A DNA stretch of 64,000 nt from Rhodoferax sp. (GTDB taxonomy: Bacteria > Pseudomonadota > Gammaproteobacteria > Burkholderiales > Burkholderiaceae_C). The notes under the pieces were generated by a model. It was not told where the DNA came from and made no database searches. It worked only from the letters and a program-made list of their open reading frames with translations. Location: contig NZ_JAQURE010000006.1 of assembly GCF_028715765.1 (NCBI RefSeq), forward strand, positions 10,764-74,763, in the 5' to 3' direction. A program made the position numbers and the translations under genes. Below are positions 9,668-19,079 of this stretch, one piece after another. Position 1 is the first letter of the stretch; every line of letters starts with the position of its first letter.

Positions 9668-10564
9668 TCAGTCCGCCAAGGCCAGCAGCGCCTCTCGGGT
9701 GACCAGCAGCACCTGGTCTTCACCCGCGCTGGTTTCCAGCCAGATCACCTCAAGCCTTGGAAAAGCGGCCTCGAAGTGGTTGCGCTCATGGCCAATTTCT
9801 AACACCAGCACCGCGTCAGGCGTCATTTGCGCCGGGGCGTCGTGCAACAGCTGGCGAATGAAGTCCATGCCGTCGCTGCCGCCGGCCGTGTTGCCGTCCA
9901 GCGCCAGTGCCGGCTCGGCTTGGAATTCGGGTGGCAGGGCGGCCATGCTTTGGGCGTTGACGTAGGGTGGGTTGCACAAAATCAGGTCGTAATGGCTGCC
10001 CATGGTGGGGATGCCGTCGCACTGGCGCAGGGTGATGCGCTCATGCAGGCCATGGCGGTCGATGTTGATGCGAGCCACTTCCAGCGCCTCGACGCTGATG
10101 TCGCTGGCCTGCACTTTGACATCGGGGTAGACCATGGCGGCAATCACTGCCAGGCTGCCGTTGCCGGTGCACAGGTCCAGCACGCGGTGGGTGTCTTCGT
10201 TGAGCCAATAGTCCAAACTGCCTTCCATCAGCACTTCGGCTATCAGCGAGCGCGGCACGATGGTGCGCTCGTCCACATAAAACGCCACCCCTTGCAACCA
10301 GGCCTCGTGGGTGAGGTAGGCGGCTGGTTTGCGGGTGCTGATGCGTGCATCTAAAAGTGTAGCTACCTGCGCTTGTTCTGCCTGGGCTACAGGCCGATTT
10401 GCCATTGAACTTTCACCCTCAAGCGGTGTATCCAATGGCAAGCCCAGTTGCCACAGCACGAGCCAGGCGGCCTCGTCAAAAGCGTTGGTGGTGCCGTGGC
10501 CAAAACTAACCCCAGCTGCTTCAAGCTGCTGCGCGCTGGTTTGAATGAGTTCAAGCAGGGTCAT
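9668..10564 (-). CDS. prmB: Ribosomal protein uL3 glutamine N5-methyltransferase
   Basis: 298 aa with the [16 protein letters not shown] and [24 protein letters not shown] blocks typical of PrmB, plus the NPPY catalytic motif. Confidence 0.85.
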   Translation of the reverse strand: MTLLELIQTSAQQLEAAGVSFGHGTTNAFDEAAWLVLWQLGLPLDTPLEGESSMANRPVAQAEQAQVATLLDARISTRKPAAYLTHEAWLQGVAFYVDERTIVPRSLIAEVLMEGSLDYWLNEDTHRVLDLCTGNGSLAVIAAMVYPDVKVQASDISVEALEVARINIDRHGLHERITLRQCDGIPTMGSHYDLILCNPPYVNAQSMAALPPEFQAEPALALDGNTAGGSDGMDFIRQLLHDAPAQMTPDAVLVLEIGHERNHFEAAFPRLEVIWLETSAGEDQVLLVTREALLALAD

Positions 10565-11736
10565 GGGGTCAGTTGCTCATGCAGGTTTTGCAGCACGCGC
10601 TGGTAGATGCGGGTCAGGGGCTCGATGTCGGTCAGGGCAATGTGCTCGTTGACCTTGTGGATGCTGGCGTTGGGGGGGCCCAACTCGATCACTTCAGGGC
10701 AGATGTTGGCAATGAAGCGGCCATCAGAGGTGCCGCCGCTGGTGGAGAGCTCCGGGGTGATGCCGACTTCGGTTTCAATGGCTGCGACCACCGCTTTGAC
10801 CAGGGTGCCAGGAGTGGTTAAAAATGGCCGTCCACCTAGCGTCCAGGTCAGGTCGTAAGCCAGCTCAAAGCGGTCTAGCACGGCTTGCAAGCGTTGTTGC
10901 AAAGACTCGGGGCTGGACTCGGTGGAAAAGCGGAAGTTGAAGTCCACCACCACACTGCCAGGAATGACATTGCTGGCGCCGGTGCCGCCATGGATGTTGC
11001 TGACCTGCCAGGAGGTGGGGGGAAAAAAGGCGTTGCCCTCGTCCCAGCGCATGCCCACCAGCTCAGCCAGCGCGGGGGTCAGCATGTGAATGGGGTTTTT
11101 GGCCAGGTGCGGGTAGGCAATGTGGCCTTGCACGCCTTTGACTGTGAGCTTGCCGCTCAAGGTGCCGCGGCGGCCGTTTTTGATCATGTCACCGGTGCGG
11201 GTCACCGAGGTGGGTTCGCCCACAATGCAGTAGTCAAGCCGTTCGCCCTGCTGGGTCAGCCACTCGCAGACTTTGACGGTGCCGTCCAGCGCCGGACCTT
11301 CTTCGTCGCTGGTGAGTAAAAAACCAATCGACAAAGGTGTGGCCGGGTGGGCTGCCACAAACCGCTCGGTGGCCACCACAAACGCTGCCAGCGATGTTTT
11401 CATGTCGGCTGCACCCCGACCAAAGAGCTTGCCATCGCGCTCGGTGGGAGTGAACGGGGCGCTGTCCCATTGCCCTAAGGGGCCGGTGGGCACGACATCG
11501 GTATGGCCAGCAAACACAATTATTTTTGTAGCTGTTCGCGCACTATCTATAAGCGTTGCAGGCCTTTTTGACCATAAATTTGTGACCACGCCATCGGCCG
11601 GGCCGCTGCTGAGGGTGTGGTGCTGGAAGCCAATGGCGCTCAAGCGCTGGGCAATGAGTTGCTGGCATTGAGCATCTTGCGGGGTTTCAGAGCGGCAGGC
11701 AATGAGTTGTTTGGCCAGCGTGAGGGTAGGGGTCAT
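10561..11736 (-). CDS. dapE: Succinyl-diaminopimelate desuccinylase
   Basis: 391 aa M20 peptidase with [17 protein letters not shown] and SDEEG metal-binding blocks. Lies in dap gene context. Confidence 0.9.
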   Translation of the reverse strand: MTPTLTLAKQLIACRSETPQDAQCQQLIAQRLSAIGFQHHTLSSGPADGVVTNLWSKRPATLIDSARTATKIIVFAGHTDVVPTGPLGQWDSAPFTPTERDGKLFGRGAADMKTSLAAFVVATERFVAAHPATPLSIGFLLTSDEEGPALDGTVKVCEWLTQQGERLDYCIVGEPTSVTRTGDMIKNGRRGTLSGKLTVKGVQGHIAYPHLAKNPIHMLTPALAELVGMRWDEGNAFFPPTSWQVSNIHGGTGASNVIPGSVVVDFNFRFSTESSPESLQQRLQAVLDRFELAYDLTWTLGGRPFLTTPGTLVKAVVAAIETEVGITPELSTSGGTSDGRFIANICPEVIELGPPNASIHKVNEHIALTDIEPLTRIYQRVLQNLHEQLTP

Positions 11737-11742
11737 AAGGGG

Positions 11743-12891
11743 CTAGGCCTGGTGGTCGATGTCAAGCGTGATTTCGGTGAAAGTGGGTTGGTCGTCGGGG
11801 TCTTCTGCCTTGACCTGCGATTGCGCTTTGGCACGCGCGGCAAAGTCGTTTTGCAGCCGCCACATCAGGTTGGTGGGCGAGTCGGCGTTGGCCAGGCCTT
11901 CTTTGCGGTCGACCATGCCCGCAGTGATGAGGCGGGCAATGTCTTGCTCAAAGGTTTGGCTGCCTTCGGCCATGGCGTTTTCCATGGCATCCAAAATGCC
12001 TGAGAAGTTGCCCTTTTCGATCATTTCGGCCACCAGCTTGGTGTTCATCATGATCTCGACCGCGGGCGCGCGAGTGTCGGCAATGGTGCGCAGCAGGCGC
12101 TGGGAAATGATGGCTTTGAGCGCACTGGCCAGGTCGCCCAGCATGGTTTGGCGCACTTCCACTGGGTAAAACGACAAAATCCGGTTGAGCGCCTGGTAGC
12201 TGTTGTTGGCGTGCATGGTGGCCAGGCACAGGTGACCGGTTTGCGAATAGGCAATGGCCGCGGTCATGGTTTCGCGGTCGCGAATTTCACCGATAAAAAT
12301 CACGTCAGGCGCTTGGCGCAGGGCGTTTTTCAGGGCAATTTGGGTGGACTGGGTGTCGCTGCCCACTTCACGCTGGTTGACGATTGCTCGCTTGTTTTTA
12401 AATAAATACTCGACCGGGTCTTCAATGGTCAGGATGTGGCCAGACATGCTGGCGTTGCGGTGGTCAATCATCGAGGCCAGGGTGGTGCTTTTGCCCGCGC
12501 CAGTGGCGCCCACCATCAGCACCAAACCCCGTTTTTCCAACATCAGGTCAGACAAAATAGGCGGCAATGAGAGCGATGCCAAGGCCGGAATGTCATTGGC
12601 AATGTAGCGAATCACCGCCGCCACCGACCCCCGCTGGCGCATGCCGCTGATGCGAAAGCGCCCCACGCCGGGCAGAGACCAGCCCATGTTGAGTTCACCC
12701 AGGTCTTGCAGCTCTTCAATGCGGTCAGGCGGCAAAATTTCACTGAGCAAGTTCATGGGTGCGTCAGGCGGCAACACCTGACTGTTGACTGGCACGCACT
12801 GGCCGTTGATGCGAATCAAGGCCGGGGAGTGGGCAGACAAATACACATCTGAGGCGCGCTTGTCGGCCATCAGCCGCAAGATGCGCTCCAT
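11743..12891 (-). CDS. pilU: PilT/PilU-family hexameric secretion/twitching ATPase (PilU-like)
   Basis: Start chosen at MERILRLMADKRASDVYL (382 aa, the size of PilU). Walker A is GATGAGKST, and it has the Asp box, Walker B and His box (ATMHANN). The track ORF start at 12954 is a TTG with no homology support. Confidence 0.75.
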   Translation of the reverse strand: MERILRLMADKRASDVYLSAHSPALIRINGQCVPVNSQVLPPDAPMNLLSEILPPDRIEELQDLGELNMGWSLPGVGRFRISGMRQRGSVAAVIRYIANDIPALASLSLPPILSDLMLEKRGLVLMVGATGAGKSTTLASMIDHRNASMSGHILTIEDPVEYLFKNKRAIVNQREVGSDTQSTQIALKNALRQAPDVIFIGEIRDRETMTAAIAYSQTGHLCLATMHANNSYQALNRILSFYPVEVRQTMLGDLASALKAIISQRLLRTIADTRAPAVEIMMNTKLVAEMIEKGNFSGILDAMENAMAEGSQTFEQDIARLITAGMVDRKEGLANADSPTNLMWRLQNDFAARAKAQSQVKAEDPDDQPTFTEITLDIDHQA

Positions 12892-12990
12892 GGTGCCTGA
12901 TGGGAGATTGCTGGTGGCCATGGTGAAGGTGTGTTTAAGGGGGCATTTGCCCAAGGCGCTGGGTTTTTACTTCTGCGCGGCGGGCGGTGC

Positions 12991-13815
12991 TTAGTCTCGC
13001 AACAAATCGTTCAAGCTGGTCTTGGCGCGGGTTTGGGCGTCGACGTGCTTGACGATGATGGCAGCATACAGGCTGTATTTGCCACCGTCTTTGGGCAGGT
13101 TGCCGCTGATCACCACCGAGCCAGCCGGGATGCGGCCATAACTCACCGTGTCTGTGGCACGGTCGTAAATGGGGGTGCTTTGGCCAATGTAGACGCCCAT
13201 CGAAATGACCGAGTTTTCCTCCACGATGACGCCTTCCACAATTTCTGAGCGGGCGCCAATGAAGCAGTTGTCCTCGATGATGGTGGGGTTGGCCTGCATG
13301 GGTTCGAGCACGCCGCCAATGCCGACACCGCCGCTCAAATGCACGTTTTTGCCAATCTGCGCACATGAACCTACCGCCGCCCAGGTGTCCACCATGGTGC
13401 CTTCATCGACAAACGCGCCAATGTTGACAAACGAGGGCATCAAGATCACGCCTTTCGCCAGGTAGCTGCCACGGCGCGCCACAGCCGGCGGCACGATGCG
13501 CACGCCGGTGGCTTGCAAACCAGAGGCGGTCATGTGAGCAAATTTGGTGGGCACTTTGTCGTAAAAAGCCAGGTCGCCGCCTTTGATGACCTCGTTGTCA
13601 TTGAGGCGAAAGCTCAGCAGCACGGCTTTTTTGATCCACTGGTGCGTCGTCCACTGACCCACGCCGTCGCGCGTGGCCACACGCAGGTGGCCGGTGTTGA
13701 GCGCTTGAATCACATGTTCAACCGCATCCACCACCTCTTTGGGGGCAGAGGCGGCAGAAATGCTGGCACGGTTTTCCCAGGCGTTGTCAAGAATGGTTTG
13801 CAGTTGTTGGGTCAT
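12991..13815 (-). CDS. dapD: Tetrahydrodipicolinate N-succinyltransferase
   Basis: 274 aa. The N-terminus and hexapeptide-repeat region closely resemble DapD ([20 protein letters not shown]...). Confidence 0.95.
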   Translation of the reverse strand: MTQQLQTILDNAWENRASISAASAPKEVVDAVEHVIQALNTGHLRVATRDGVGQWTTHQWIKKAVLLSFRLNDNEVIKGGDLAFYDKVPTKFAHMTASGLQATGVRIVPPAVARRGSYLAKGVILMPSFVNIGAFVDEGTMVDTWAAVGSCAQIGKNVHLSGGVGIGGVLEPMQANPTIIEDNCFIGARSEIVEGVIVEENSVISMGVYIGQSTPIYDRATDTVSYGRIPAGSVVISGNLPKDGGKYSLYAAIIVKHVDAQTRAKTSLNDLLRD

Positions 13816-13878
13816 ATAAAAATTGGAGGGTAATTCAGTGGAAAAAGAATGATAAGACGGTGCATTCAGTAGCGCCTA

Positions 13879-13954
13879 GCGCAATGGCCGGTTTTGGCTG
13901 CCGACGATTTCTGGTACCCCAGTATGAGGAGGCCGCCAAAACCGGCCATTGCGC
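13879..13954. repeat. Perfect 20-bp inverted repeat (GCGCAATGGCCGGTTTTGGC / GCCAAAACCGGCCATTGCGC) with a 36-nt spacer, between dapC and dapD
   Basis: Arms read directly at 13879-13898 and 13935-13954. The repeat lies inside the presumed dapC-dapD transcript. Confidence 0.8.
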
Positions 13955-13978
13955 GGGTACAGCAAAGAGCGCCAGACT

Positions 13979-15193
13979 TCAAACGCGGGTTTTAACAAAT
14001 TCAACAATGCGTTGTGCAGCCTCTACACACTCAGCGGTATCTGCCACCAAAGCCATCCGAATGCGCCCCAAGCCAGGGTTTTGCCCTTGTGCCGTGCGCG
14101 CCAAATAGCTGCCCGGCAGCACCGTCACATTGTAGTTAGCGTACAGCTCACGCGCAAAAACGGTGTCGTCACCGGCCACATCCGCCCACAAATAAAACCC
14201 TGCGTCGGGCAAAGCCACGTCCAGTACGCTGGCCAGCAGTGGCGTGACCTGGGCAAACTTGGTGCGGTACAGCGCCCGGTTGTCGACCACATGCGCTTCG
14301 TCTTGCCAGGCGGCGATGCTGGCGGCTTGCACCACCGGGCTCATGGCGCTGCCGTGGTAGGTGCGGTAGAGTAAAAACGGCTTGATCAGCGCCGCATCAC
14401 CGGCCACAAAGCCACTGCGCATGCCCGGCACATTGCTGCGCTTGGACAGGCTGGTGAGTGAGATCAGGTTTTTAAAGTCAGTGCGCCCCAGCTTGGCAGC
14501 CGCTTCCAGCCCCCCCAGCGGGGGTTCGTCGCGGAAATAAATCTCGCTGTAACACTCGTCTGAGCCAATCACAAAGCCAAACTTGTCACTGAGTTCAAAC
14601 AGCATCTGCCACTCTGACAGCGGCATCACCGCACCGGTGGGGTTGCCGGGCGAGCAGACGATGAGCAACTGGGTGCGCGCCCACACCGCGTCAGGCACGC
14701 TAGCCCAGTCAGGGGCAAAGTTGCGCGCCGGGTCACTGGCCACAAAATAAGGGTCAGCCCCAGCCAGCAGGGCGGCGCCTTCGTAGATTTGATAAAAAGG
14801 GTTGGGGCACACCACCAGCGGTTTGGGCTCAGCCGCATGGGTCGGGCGGTTGACCACGGTTTGCGTCAAGGCAAACAAGGCTTCGCGCGAGCCCAGCACC
14901 GGCAACATTTGGCTGGTGGGGTCGAGGCTGAGACCATAACGGCGTTGCAGCCAGCTGGCAAAAGCCTCGCGCAGTGCTGGCTCTCCCGCGGTGGCGGGGT
15001 AGCTGGCCAGACCGCTTGGTCGGCGCTCAATGGCCTTGACCATGGCCTGCTGAATCAGGGCTGGCGTGGCGTGGCGGGGTTCGCCCAGCCCCAAGCTGAT
15101 CGGTGTGTAGGCGGGGTTGGGGGTGAGGTCTGCAAAGAGCTGGCGCAGACGCTCAAATGGGTAAGGTTTTAACAAAGAAAGAAGGGGATTCAT
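13979..15193 (-). CDS. dapC: Succinyldiaminopimelate aminotransferase (class I PLP aminotransferase)
   Basis: Start taken at MNPLLSLLKPYPFERLRQLF (ATG 15193, 404 aa). Has the SLSKRSN PLP-lysine region and sits in dap context. The 472-aa track ORF extension has no homology logic. Confidence 0.85.
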   Translation of the reverse strand: MNPLLSLLKPYPFERLRQLFADLTPNPAYTPISLGLGEPRHATPALIQQAMVKAIERRPSGLASYPATAGEPALREAFASWLQRRYGLSLDPTSQMLPVLGSREALFALTQTVVNRPTHAAEPKPLVVCPNPFYQIYEGAALLAGADPYFVASDPARNFAPDWASVPDAVWARTQLLIVCSPGNPTGAVMPLSEWQMLFELSDKFGFVIGSDECYSEIYFRDEPPLGGLEAAAKLGRTDFKNLISLTSLSKRSNVPGMRSGFVAGDAALIKPFLLYRTYHGSAMSPVVQAASIAAWQDEAHVVDNRALYRTKFAQVTPLLASVLDVALPDAGFYLWADVAGDDTVFARELYANYNVTVLPGSYLARTAQGQNPGLGRIRMALVADTAECVEAAQRIVEFVKTRV

Positions 15194-15253
15194 GGCTGTC
15201 ATTATCCGGTAGAGTAGGGCGCTTACCCCTACCTCTGCAGTGCACTGAAAACC

Positions 15254-16492
15254 ATGGCCATGGACTTGATTGAATTTCGCCCCGAGTTGCTGTTCATCGG
15301 CATGTCTTTGCCTTTCACTTTGCGAGACGACAACGGTTTGATTTTGCTGGCCAAAGGCCAAAAAATTGAGACCAAGCTGCAGCTGACCGGCATTCAAAGC
15401 CGCCCCAAGCTCTTTGTAGAAATTGATGAAACCGATGCCGGCGTGCGTGCCATGATGTCTGGCATCACCGAGCTGAACCGCGCTGGTGCCCCCATCAAAG
15501 ACTTCTACAAGTTTTTAAATATCAAAGAGCCGAACAAAGCCGCAGACAAAGAGGTGGGCACCTTGAGCCAACGCTGGGGCGATGTCGAGTCCAAACTGGG
15601 TGGGCTGCTGGCCAGCTATGCCACCACCAGCGACTTTCAAGACAAAATTTATGCGCTGGATCAGGTCATCGTGCGTCTGCTCAATCAAGACGCCACCGGC
15701 TCGCAGTTTTTGCTGTTCAACCGCGCCATCACCCATTTTGAAGGCTACAGCGTGATGCATGCCTTGCTCTGCGCAGCGTTGGTCAACGACCTGGCCACCA
15801 CCTTTGGCTTGACCAATGAAGAGCGCCGCAGTCTGGCCTGCGCTGCGTTGACCATGAATTTGGCCATGACACACCTGCAAGACCTGCTGGCGCAACAAAA
15901 AGCTGCCCCCAGCCCGGTGCAACGCAAGCAGATCGACACCCATGCCCAAGACAGCCACACGCAACTGCGCCAAGTGGGGGTGACGGATGCCGATTGGCTG
16001 GAAGTGGTGGCTTTGCACCACTGCACGCAAACCGGCGCTGACAAACTGCTTGACTGGCCGCGCGTGCCGCGGCTGGTGAAAATTTTGCAAACGGTGGATC
16101 GCTACACCGCGGCCATGAGCCCACGCAAGTCGCGCGCAGGTCGCACCGCGCGTGACTCGGTGCGCTGCGTGGTGCTGCCGTTGGGTGAAACCAAGCACGA
16201 CGAAGTGGGCACCGCTTTGGTCAAGTTGCTGGGGTTAAGCCCACCTGGCACCTATGTGTTGTTGGCCAACGGCGAGACCGCGGTGGTCGTGCGCCGTGGC
16301 CTGAAACCGGCCGAGCCCTGGGTGGCGGTGGTGCTCAACCGTGCTGGACAGTTGATTGCTGAGCCCAAATTGCGCGATACCTCACGCGAGGGGTTTGGCA
16401 TTCAAAGCACCTTGGCGGCCACGGCTGTTAAAGTGAATCTGAACATGGAACACATGCTCAAGTTGATTCCACGTGGCGTGTTGACGGCGTAG
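15254..16492 (+). CDS. DUF3391-like N-terminus plus degenerate HD-GYP-type domain protein (predicted non-catalytic)
   Basis: 412 aa whose layout parallels HD-GYP proteins (Y..H....A, HH.., ..D.Y.A..S.R, C-terminal PPGTYVLLANGETAVVV). However, HD is replaced (TMNLAM) and no GYP motif is present. Confidence 0.6.
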   Translation: MAMDLIEFRPELLFIGMSLPFTLRDDNGLILLAKGQKIETKLQLTGIQSRPKLFVEIDETDAGVRAMMSGITELNRAGAPIKDFYKFLNIKEPNKAADKEVGTLSQRWGDVESKLGGLLASYATTSDFQDKIYALDQVIVRLLNQDATGSQFLLFNRAITHFEGYSVMHALLCAALVNDLATTFGLTNEERRSLACAALTMNLAMTHLQDLLAQQKAAPSPVQRKQIDTHAQDSHTQLRQVGVTDADWLEVVALHHCTQTGADKLLDWPRVPRLVKILQTVDRYTAAMSPRKSRAGRTARDSVRCVVLPLGETKHDEVGTALVKLLGLSPPGTYVLLANGETAVVVRRGLKPAEPWVAVVLNRAGQLIAEPKLRDTSREGFGIQSTLAATAVKVNLNMEHMLKLIPRGVLTA

Positions 16493-16501
16493 CAGCCCAG
16501 C

Positions 16502-17332
16502 TCAACGGGTGATTGAATCAAGCCGTTCGGCTTGGCAAGCGCGCTCACCCAGCCAGCGCTCAACAGCCAAGCTCAGTGCGCCGGGTTGCCCGGTGGAAAG
16601 CAAGCGCAATGACCCGGGTTGGCTGCTGGCATTGAGTTGATGCAGCATGCGGCGCGTGTGCCGCGCCACGGGTTCACCGTTGTCTACCAAATGCACCTCA
16701 GGCCCCACCAGTTGGCGAAAGTGGTCACTGGCAAACGGGTAGTGGGTGCACCCCAGCACAAGGCAGTCGATCAGACCATTTTTTATGCCAAATTGGCCTG
16801 TAGAGCCGGTGTATTGTGCGCAAAGCGCTCTGATTTTTGGAGTGTCGTCACGCTCAATGGCATCCGCCAGACCGTCACAAGGTTGACAGATGAATTCTGC
16901 TTGCCCGGTCAGGCCATGGAGCAATGTTTTGAATTTTTGGCTGTTCAAGGTGCTGCGCGTGGCCAGCACCCCAATGCGCTTGGTGTGGCTCAAGGCGGCT
17001 GCGGGTTTGAGCGCCGGTTCGACCCCGATGATGGGCAGTTGGGGGTGCTCTTGCCGCAACACATGCACCGCTGCAGCTGTGGCGGTGTTGCACGCCACCA
17101 CCAGCGCTTTGATATTGAGGTGCGCTTGGCTTTGCAAATGCTGCGTCAAGGTGCGCGCACGTTCAATCACAAACGCTTCATCGCGTTCACCATAGGGTGC
17201 GAAGCCACTGTCGGCCACGTAGACAAAGTTTTCAGTGGGCAGCTCGGCGCGCAATGCCTTGAGCACACTCAAGCCACCGACACCGCTGTCAAACACCCCA
17301 ATCGGGCGCGCGCTCTGATCTGGGGCGGTCAT
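16502..17332 (-). CDS. murI: Glutamate racemase
   Basis: Start at MTAPDQSARPIGVFDSGVGGLSV (ATG 17332). Has the conserved VACNTA and LGCTHYP Cys motifs. Confidence 0.9.
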   Translation of the reverse strand: MTAPDQSARPIGVFDSGVGGLSVLKALRAELPTENFVYVADSGFAPYGERDEAFVIERARTLTQHLQSQAHLNIKALVVACNTATAAAVHVLRQEHPQLPIIGVEPALKPAAALSHTKRIGVLATRSTLNSQKFKTLLHGLTGQAEFICQPCDGLADAIERDDTPKIRALCAQYTGSTGQFGIKNGLIDCLVLGCTHYPFASDHFRQLVGPEVHLVDNGEPVARHTRRMLHQLNASSQPGSLRLLSTGQPGALSLAVERWLGERACQAERLDSITR

Positions 17333-17339
17333 GGCAGGG

Positions 17340-19058
17340 CTAAAGGTTGCTGCCCAGGCTTGGCTGCGTGGGGTTGGGCACCGCATCGAACCCGAGCTCA
17401 GTGGTGCTGAGTTGGGTTGAAAACAATGAAAAATCTGGGGTGGCCATGCGCAGGGTTTCCAGGTCAAGCGGCATGGGTTGACCTTGGCGAATCATGACAA
17501 ATTCATCTACACCAGGCAGCACATCCATGGGGGGCAAGAGCAGCCCCCAGCGCCAAAAAATATTTTGACTGGCGATCAGCAGGGCACGGTGCCCTACGTT
17601 TTGTTGGTGGTGATGGAGGGTAATGACCACCGGCTCGGCGTAGTGGCTCAGCACTGCCAAGTCCAGCAGCACGGTGTTGCTGCTCACGCGTTCAAGCCGC
17701 GCGACCACCGCCAAACAGGGGTGCTTGATGGCTTCACCCATCCCGTAAGCTAGCAGGGAACCCACACTCAAGGGCGTGGTGTAGCTGGATTCCTGGGTGC
17801 TGAGTCGGATGCGGCTGGGCGTTTCATGCACCAGCGTCCACAGCGTGCTTTGTCCGCTGTGGTGGTCTTGCGCCATGATGGCCGAGCGTTTGGCCAAGGC
17901 GTCGGCGAGTCGTTCCTCATGGGCAAACTCACCTTGCTGGTGTTGCAGCAGGGCAAACACTCCCGAGAAGCCTACAAACAGTCGCAAGTCTTGCAACGGG
18001 TGGCTGTGCTCGCTGGCGGGTTCAGGTGCAGTCTGATCCAGGGCATGCAGCAGGGTGTGAGCGACCACCAGCCTTTCTTGCTCTTTGAATTTGGCCAAGC
18101 GCGCCGGCACATCTGCCATTTTCTTGCTGCGCAAGGCTTTGATCAAGGCCAGGCAGTCAGTGCGAATGTGGGTAAAGAGCACCGCGCAGTCAAGCACCAC
18201 CTGCGATGACTCAGGTTGTGTGGCCGAAAGTGGTGCCGGTGTGGCAATGACATCACGTCGCGCTGGCTGGTGGCAGGGTTGAAACACCAGTCGCACTGAC
18301 TTTGCCACACTTTTCAAGTAGCTCAGAGTGACCCATTGCAACTGTGTGGGCCACTGCAGGGGCTTGAAGAAGTCAAAAATGACTGCGCCGATGAACAAGC
18401 TGGCAACGCTTTGTGGCGACTCCAGGCCCAACTGGTGTTTGAGCGTGCGCCGGGGTTGGTCAATGCGGTCGTGCGCCTGGAGCGTATGCAGCACGGTGTG
18501 CAGGGCTCGCCAATCGTTTTGATCAGGCAACTGGTAGCGCAAGGCTTTGAGTTGCTGCGTGAGTTGAAACAATTCCATCACCCGAACGCCAGCTTGTTGA
18601 AACTTGGCTCTTGCGCGCTGAAACTGAAAATTTGACAACTGGTAGTAGCTGTTGAACAAAATCTGGTTGGAGACCATCAGGATATGGCTGATCTCAGCCG
18701 CCAGCAAGACCCGCTTGCGGCGCTCCGCTGGTTCAGGCACGGCGGCGGCTGTGGGCTGGGGGTGGCACACCTGCAAGGCAGGTTCAAAAAATAACTGAGT
18801 AACCTCGTTGGTCAATTGTTGCCTTTGCCGGGTGCTCAAGGCACAGCGGTTAAGGTGTTTGACGCGGTCTTTGATCAACTCAAAGACCGCGGTGGGGTCT
18901 TCTTGGGCGCGTTTGAGCTTCGCATCAAACGCCAACCCCAGTCCACTTTGAGCCTGCAGCCGTTGTGAAAGCGCCGGGAATTTGAAGCCCAGTGGGGCGG
19001 CACGGGGCGGCAAGTCCAACCCCAACGCCCCTCTGAGGCTTGTCAACAGGCTCCCCAT
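17340..19058 (-). CDS. Hypothetical protein, 572 aa, with no domain I can recognise
   Basis: A long ORF in the coding strand context between fumA and murI, 7 nt from the murI start. It is Q/L/H-rich with no transmembrane segment or signal peptide evident and no catalytic motif found. Confidence 0.6.
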   Translation of the reverse strand: MGSLLTSLRGALGLDLPPRAAPLGFKFPALSQRLQAQSGLGLAFDAKLKRAQEDPTAVFELIKDRVKHLNRCALSTRQRQQLTNEVTQLFFEPALQVCHPQPTAAAVPEPAERRKRVLLAAEISHILMVSNQILFNSYYQLSNFQFQRARAKFQQAGVRVMELFQLTQQLKALRYQLPDQNDWRALHTVLHTLQAHDRIDQPRRTLKHQLGLESPQSVASLFIGAVIFDFFKPLQWPTQLQWVTLSYLKSVAKSVRLVFQPCHQPARRDVIATPAPLSATQPESSQVVLDCAVLFTHIRTDCLALIKALRSKKMADVPARLAKFKEQERLVVAHTLLHALDQTAPEPASEHSHPLQDLRLFVGFSGVFALLQHQQGEFAHEERLADALAKRSAIMAQDHHSGQSTLWTLVHETPSRIRLSTQESSYTTPLSVGSLLAYGMGEAIKHPCLAVVARLERVSSNTVLLDLAVLSHYAEPVVITLHHHQQNVGHRALLIASQNIFWRWGLLLPPMDVLPGVDEFVMIRQGQPMPLDLETLRMATPDFSLFSTQLSTTELGFDAVPNPTQPSLGSNL

Positions 19059-19079
19059 GGCGGCTGCGTGCTGGCTGAC

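Noticed and set aside
13979-15397. Long N-terminal extensions given by the ORF track for dapC (to 15397), murI (to 17467), rmlB (to 7441), the MNT gene (to 6341), the cytochrome c gene (to 25228), def (from 56632) and pilU (to 12954).
   Set aside because: In each case the family-conserved N-terminus begins at an internal ATG. The extension either overlaps the upstream gene or promoter or starts with a non-ATG codon lacking an RBS. The shorter coordinates were used.
17340-17800. C-terminal region of the 572-aa protein as a PilZ c-di-GMP-binding domain.
   Set aside because: The canonical RxxxR and D/NxSxxG motifs are not present (the closest stretch is HETPSRIRL). The resemblance is only a vague beta-rich pattern, so no domain call was made.
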